NCBI GenBank assembly: GCA_902624315.1
Contig: CACNXC010000006.1
Location: forward strand, 143-64,142
Direction: 5' to 3'
DNA from: an uncultured Pelagibacteraceae bacterium
GTDB taxonomy: Bacteria > Pseudomonadota > Alphaproteobacteria > Pelagibacterales > Pelagibacteraceae
DNA: 64,000 nucleotides
The translations under genes and the position numbers were made by a program. The notes below the pieces were generated by a model. The model was not told where the DNA came from and did not search any database. It was given only the letters and a program-made list of their open reading frames with translations. Positions 61,069 to 64,000 of the stretch are shown here, one piece after another (positions within the stretch are counted from its first letter, which is position 1; each line of letters begins with the position of its first letter).

Positions 61069-62598
61069 TTAAGTTCTATTAAATGAAAAAGTTAAAACAA
61101 TATACAACAAAATTAATATGAAAAATATGTTATTTCCATATTTAGAAAACAATGTTGGTTTTAAATCTCTTATGTCTTCTAAATCAATGTAACCTGAAAT
61201 TCCATAATCTACTTTATTCTCAATATAACCTAATGGATTTATAATTGCTGCCATCCCGTTGTTAGATGATCTAATTATATACTTTCCATTTTCGACTGCT
61301 CTAAATTTACTATGGATAAAATGTTGTTTGGGTCCAATGGATTTACCAAACCATCCATCTTCTGAAATATTTAATATAAAATCGAAATTAAAATTTTTAG
61401 TCAAATATCCACTATATATAATTTCATAACAAATTAATGGTAAAAAATTTATTTGTTTAAGATCATCTTGAATTTTAATAATTTTTCTGTTAACACCTTT
61501 GTCAAATGATCCAATGTTATTTGTGATTGTTTTTAAGCCGAATTTGTTAAGAATATTTTCAAAAGGAACAAATTCACCGAAAGGTACAAGTTTAATTTTG
61601 TTATAATTGTCAATTAAATTTACTTTACTATCAAATATTGAAAATGAATTGTAATAATTGTAATCATTGTTCATAGTCTTTCTGCTTGTTATTCCTAAAC
61701 CGATTAAGTGATTTTCACTAAAATATTTTTCAAATATGTCATTGTATAAATCTAATTGATCTTCATAAGTGTTGGGTATTATTCCCTCTGGCCATACAAA
61801 AAATATCTTTTTTTCTTCAATGGGTGAACTAATTGAAATTAGCTCATTAATCACACTCTCAGCATTAACGTTTTTATAGTACCTATCTAAACTTATATTT
61901 GCTCCAATTACCCTAACCGTAAAAGGAAGTTCTTTCTCTTCACTATTATAAAAATTTTTTTTTAAAAATTCTCCGTATGTATAAAAAGAGATAGGTAATA
62001 ACAGTAAAAAGATACACACAACCACCTCTTTTTTAGATTTTTTAAATACGAAGAGGGCGGGAGCTGTAAAAAAACTTACTACTATAAGATTTAATGAATA
62101 AGTTCCTATTATTGACAAAATGCTTAGGAAACTATTAATTTCAGAAAAACTGTAAATTACCAAGTTCCAAGGGAACCCAGTTAAAATTGTTCCTCTAATA
62201 AACTCTATTAAACCAAACAAAAGAGAAAATAGGAAAAAAGCACTTAATATATTTTTCGGTTTGTATAGATTAAAAATAGCAATACATAATGCATAAAATA
62301 AACCTAAAAATGCTGGGATGAAAATTAAAGATATAGGAATTAAAAAATTAAAACTTTGATCAAAACTTAAAGATATAGTTAACCAATACAAACTAGATAA
62401 AAAATAACTAAAACCAAACAACCATCCATAATAAAGGGATTTTTTTATTCCTTGTTTTAGTCTCTGAAATAAAAAAATAAAGAAAACACTAAATGTAAAA
62501 AAATTTAAAAAAAAAAAATTATAAGGAGGTAAACTTAAGGAAGTTAAGCTTCCTAAAAAAATTATCAATAAAGTCTCAATTATAAAATTTTTTTTCAA
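61069..62598 (-). CDS. lnt: Apolipoprotein N-acyltransferase
   Basis: 509 aa with an N-terminal polytopic domain and a C-terminal CN-hydrolase domain (VWPEG ... [10 protein letters not shown] ... LICYEIIY). Confidence 0.88.
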   Translation of the reverse strand: MKKNFIIETLLIIFLGSLTSLSLPPYNFFFLNFFTFSVFFIFLFQRLKQGIKKSLYYGWLFGFSYFLSSLYWLTISLSFDQSFNFLIPISLIFIPAFLGLFYALCIAIFNLYKPKNILSAFFLFSLLFGLIEFIRGTILTGFPWNLVIYSFSEINSFLSILSIIGTYSLNLIVVSFFTAPALFVFKKSKKEVVVCIFLLLLPISFYTYGEFLKKNFYNSEEKELPFTVRVIGANISLDRYYKNVNAESVINELISISSPIEEKKIFFVWPEGIIPNTYEDQLDLYNDIFEKYFSENHLIGLGITSRKTMNNDYNYYNSFSIFDSKVNLIDNYNKIKLVPFGEFVPFENILNKFGLKTITNNIGSFDKGVNRKIIKIQDDLKQINFLPLICYEIIYSGYLTKNFNFDFILNISEDGWFGKSIGPKQHFIHSKFRAVENGKYIIRSSNNGMAAIINPLGYIENKVDYGISGYIDLEDIRDLKPTLFSKYGNNIFFILILLYIVLTFSFNRT

Positions 62599-63059
62599 TT
62601 TAAAATGGAAGTTTTTTCTATAGATCTAAAAATTTTTTTTTCTTCATTTAACATCTGTTTATACTCTTTACTTTTTTGATGATCATGACCCAATAAATGT
62701 AGAAAACCATGTATAAAAATTTTTATTGTTTTTATTTTAAATTCATAATTGTCTAAATTTTTTGGCTTATTCATGTAATTAAAACTTATAATTATATCAC
62801 CAAGATAATTTTCTTTTATTCTTTTTTTTTTATTAAATGGAAAAGAAAGTACATCCGTATGTTTATCCTTATTTCTAAATTTTTTGTTTAAAGTTTTAAT
62901 TGTTTTATTATTTGATAGTAGTAGAGTTAAATAGATTTTTTTGTTGATAAATCTATATTTTTTTGGGAACTTGTTACATATTTTATTAAAAAATAATTCT
63001 TTTTTTTTTATCTTTTTTGACCAAGAATTTTCTTCTGAAAGCACATTAACTTTGATCAT
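62595..63059 (-). CDS. ybeY: Endoribonuclease YbeY
   Basis: 154 aa with the metal-binding motif HGFLHLLGHDH. Confidence 0.9.
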   Translation of the reverse strand: MIKVNVLSEENSWSKKIKKKELFFNKICNKFPKKYRFINKKIYLTLLLSNNKTIKTLNKKFRNKDKHTDVLSFPFNKKKRIKENYLGDIIISFNYMNKPKNLDNYEFKIKTIKIFIHGFLHLLGHDHQKSKEYKQMLNEEKKIFRSIEKTSILN

Positions 63060-64000
63060 TATTATTGTATGCTTTCACAATTTTTGAAACTAAAGGATGC
63101 CTCACAACATCTGAATGATCAAAGTCTATAACTGCAATCTCATTCAAATGTGATAATATTTTTTTTGATCTTTCTAAACCTGACATTTTTTTGTTAGGTA
63201 AATCTATTTGGGTAGGATCACCATTTACAACTATTTTTGAATTTTCACCTATCCTAGTAAGAAACATTTTTATTTGTGTATCAGTGGCATTTTGAGCTTC
63301 ATCTAAAATTGCAAAAGAATTTTTTAAAGTTCTTCCTCTCATAAAAGCTAAAGGAGCAATTTCAATGTCGCCAATTTCTATCATTCTCTGAATTTTTTCA
63401 AAATGAAACAGATCATACAAAGAGTCATACAAAGGACGTAGATATGGATCAACTTTCTCTTTCATATCCCCTGGCAGGAATCCTAACCTCTCACCTGCCT
63501 CAACCGCAGGTCTAGAAAGTATAATCCTCTCTATTTTTTTTTCTAACAACATTGTTAAACCTACAGCAACAGCAAGAAAGGTTTTTCCTGTACCAGCAGG
63601 TCCAGCAGATATTATTATTTCATTTTGTCTCAACGCTCTAACATACTCTTTTTGTTTTTCTGATCTTGGAATTATAGATTTTTTTGGAGTTTTAATTATA
63701 TCAGTAACGTTGGTATTTTTTACCTTTTCATTTATCATAAATTGATCAACTGAGGATAAAATATCTTTTTGTTCTATACTACCATTATTTTTAAATTGAT
63801 TTGCAAGAAATTGAATTGCATTCTTCAAAATTTCATTTTTTTCTGAAGTTGATTTGATTAAGATTGAATTTCCCCTGGAATAAATACTTGAATTAGTTAT
63901 TTTTTCTAACTCTTTAAGGTTTTGGTTAAATTCACCAACTACTCCCATCAGGAGGTCATTTTCGTGAAAAATTACACTAATTGAATTATTTTCTGAATAA
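63046..64000 (-). CDS. phoH: PhoH-like ATPase, 5' end probably beyond the window
   Basis: Walker A is present (AGPAGTGKTFLAVAVG), along with ILDEAQN and VNGDPTQIDLP. The frame stays open upstream of the track's Met (63948) to the window edge, so the true start may lie outside the window. Confidence 0.88.
   Translation of the reverse strand, partial: YSENNSISVIFHENDLLMGVVGEFNQNLKELEKITNSSIYSRGNSILIKSTSEKNEILKNAIQFLANQFKNNGSIEQKDILSSVDQFMINEKVKNTNVTDIIKTPKKSIIPRSEKQKEYVRALRQNEIIISAGPAGTGKTFLAVAVGLTMLLEKKIERIILSRPAVEAGERLGFLPGDMKEKVDPYLRPLYDSLYDLFHFEKIQRMIEIGDIEIAPLAFMRGRTLKNSFAILDEAQNATDTQIKMFLTRIGENSKIVVNGDPTQIDLPNKKMSGLERSKKILSHLNEIAVIDFDHSDVVRHPLVSKIVKAYNNNDQS

Noticed and set aside
61067-61069. 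Looked for a SAM riboswitch upstream of metK
   Set aside because: The metK ATG is 1 nt from the lnt stop, so there is no leader to hold a riboswitch.

Overview
The window is a strongly AT-rich, extremely compact alphaproteobacterial chromosome segment. Most neighbouring genes abut or overlap by 1-20 nt, and several convergent pairs share their stop codons. Gene content, order and streamlining look like SAR11/Pelagibacterales, but that is inference because no search was possible.

I can support about 60 protein genes and 2 tRNAs. In order:
- lepA, then thrS-infC-rpmI-rplT-pheS-pheT
- a GT4 glycosyltransferase and an alpha/beta hydrolase
- gltD-gltB, uppP, a DMT transporter
- pyruvate dehydrogenase E1/E2, a thiolase, tRNA-Arg
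- a PaaI thioesterase, Suv3-like helicase, TerB-like protein, fdxA and carD
- an acyl-CoA ligase preceded by tRNA-Leu
- DedA/YqaA, DsbB and Coq7
- an HNH protein, an esterase, a HIG1 protein and TlpA
- argH, a small lipoprotein and lysA, then plsC
- rpsT-dnaA-dnaN, mutM, ubiE-ubiB, coaBC-dut and a ThiF/MoeB-like gene
- irr-katG-hydroxylase-DUF2061, fabA-fabB-fabI
- metK, nusA-infB-rbfA-rpsO-pnp, lnt-ybeY-phoH

I found no rRNA, CRISPR array, transposase, integrase, phage gene or recognisable defence island. This is essentially core, housekeeping DNA, and I do not see a convincing multi-gene novel system.

The items most worth a second look are:
- a free-standing 25-codon polycationic ORF with its own promoter, Shine-Dalgarno (SD) site and terminator
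- a G9 homopolymer that frameshifts lysA
- a lipoyl domain fused to the N-terminus of the AceE-type E1
- a CarD/CdnL with a roughly 100-aa lysine-rich N-terminal extension that overlaps fdxA
- an exactly repeated promoter plus Irr-box-like module in front of both irr and katG
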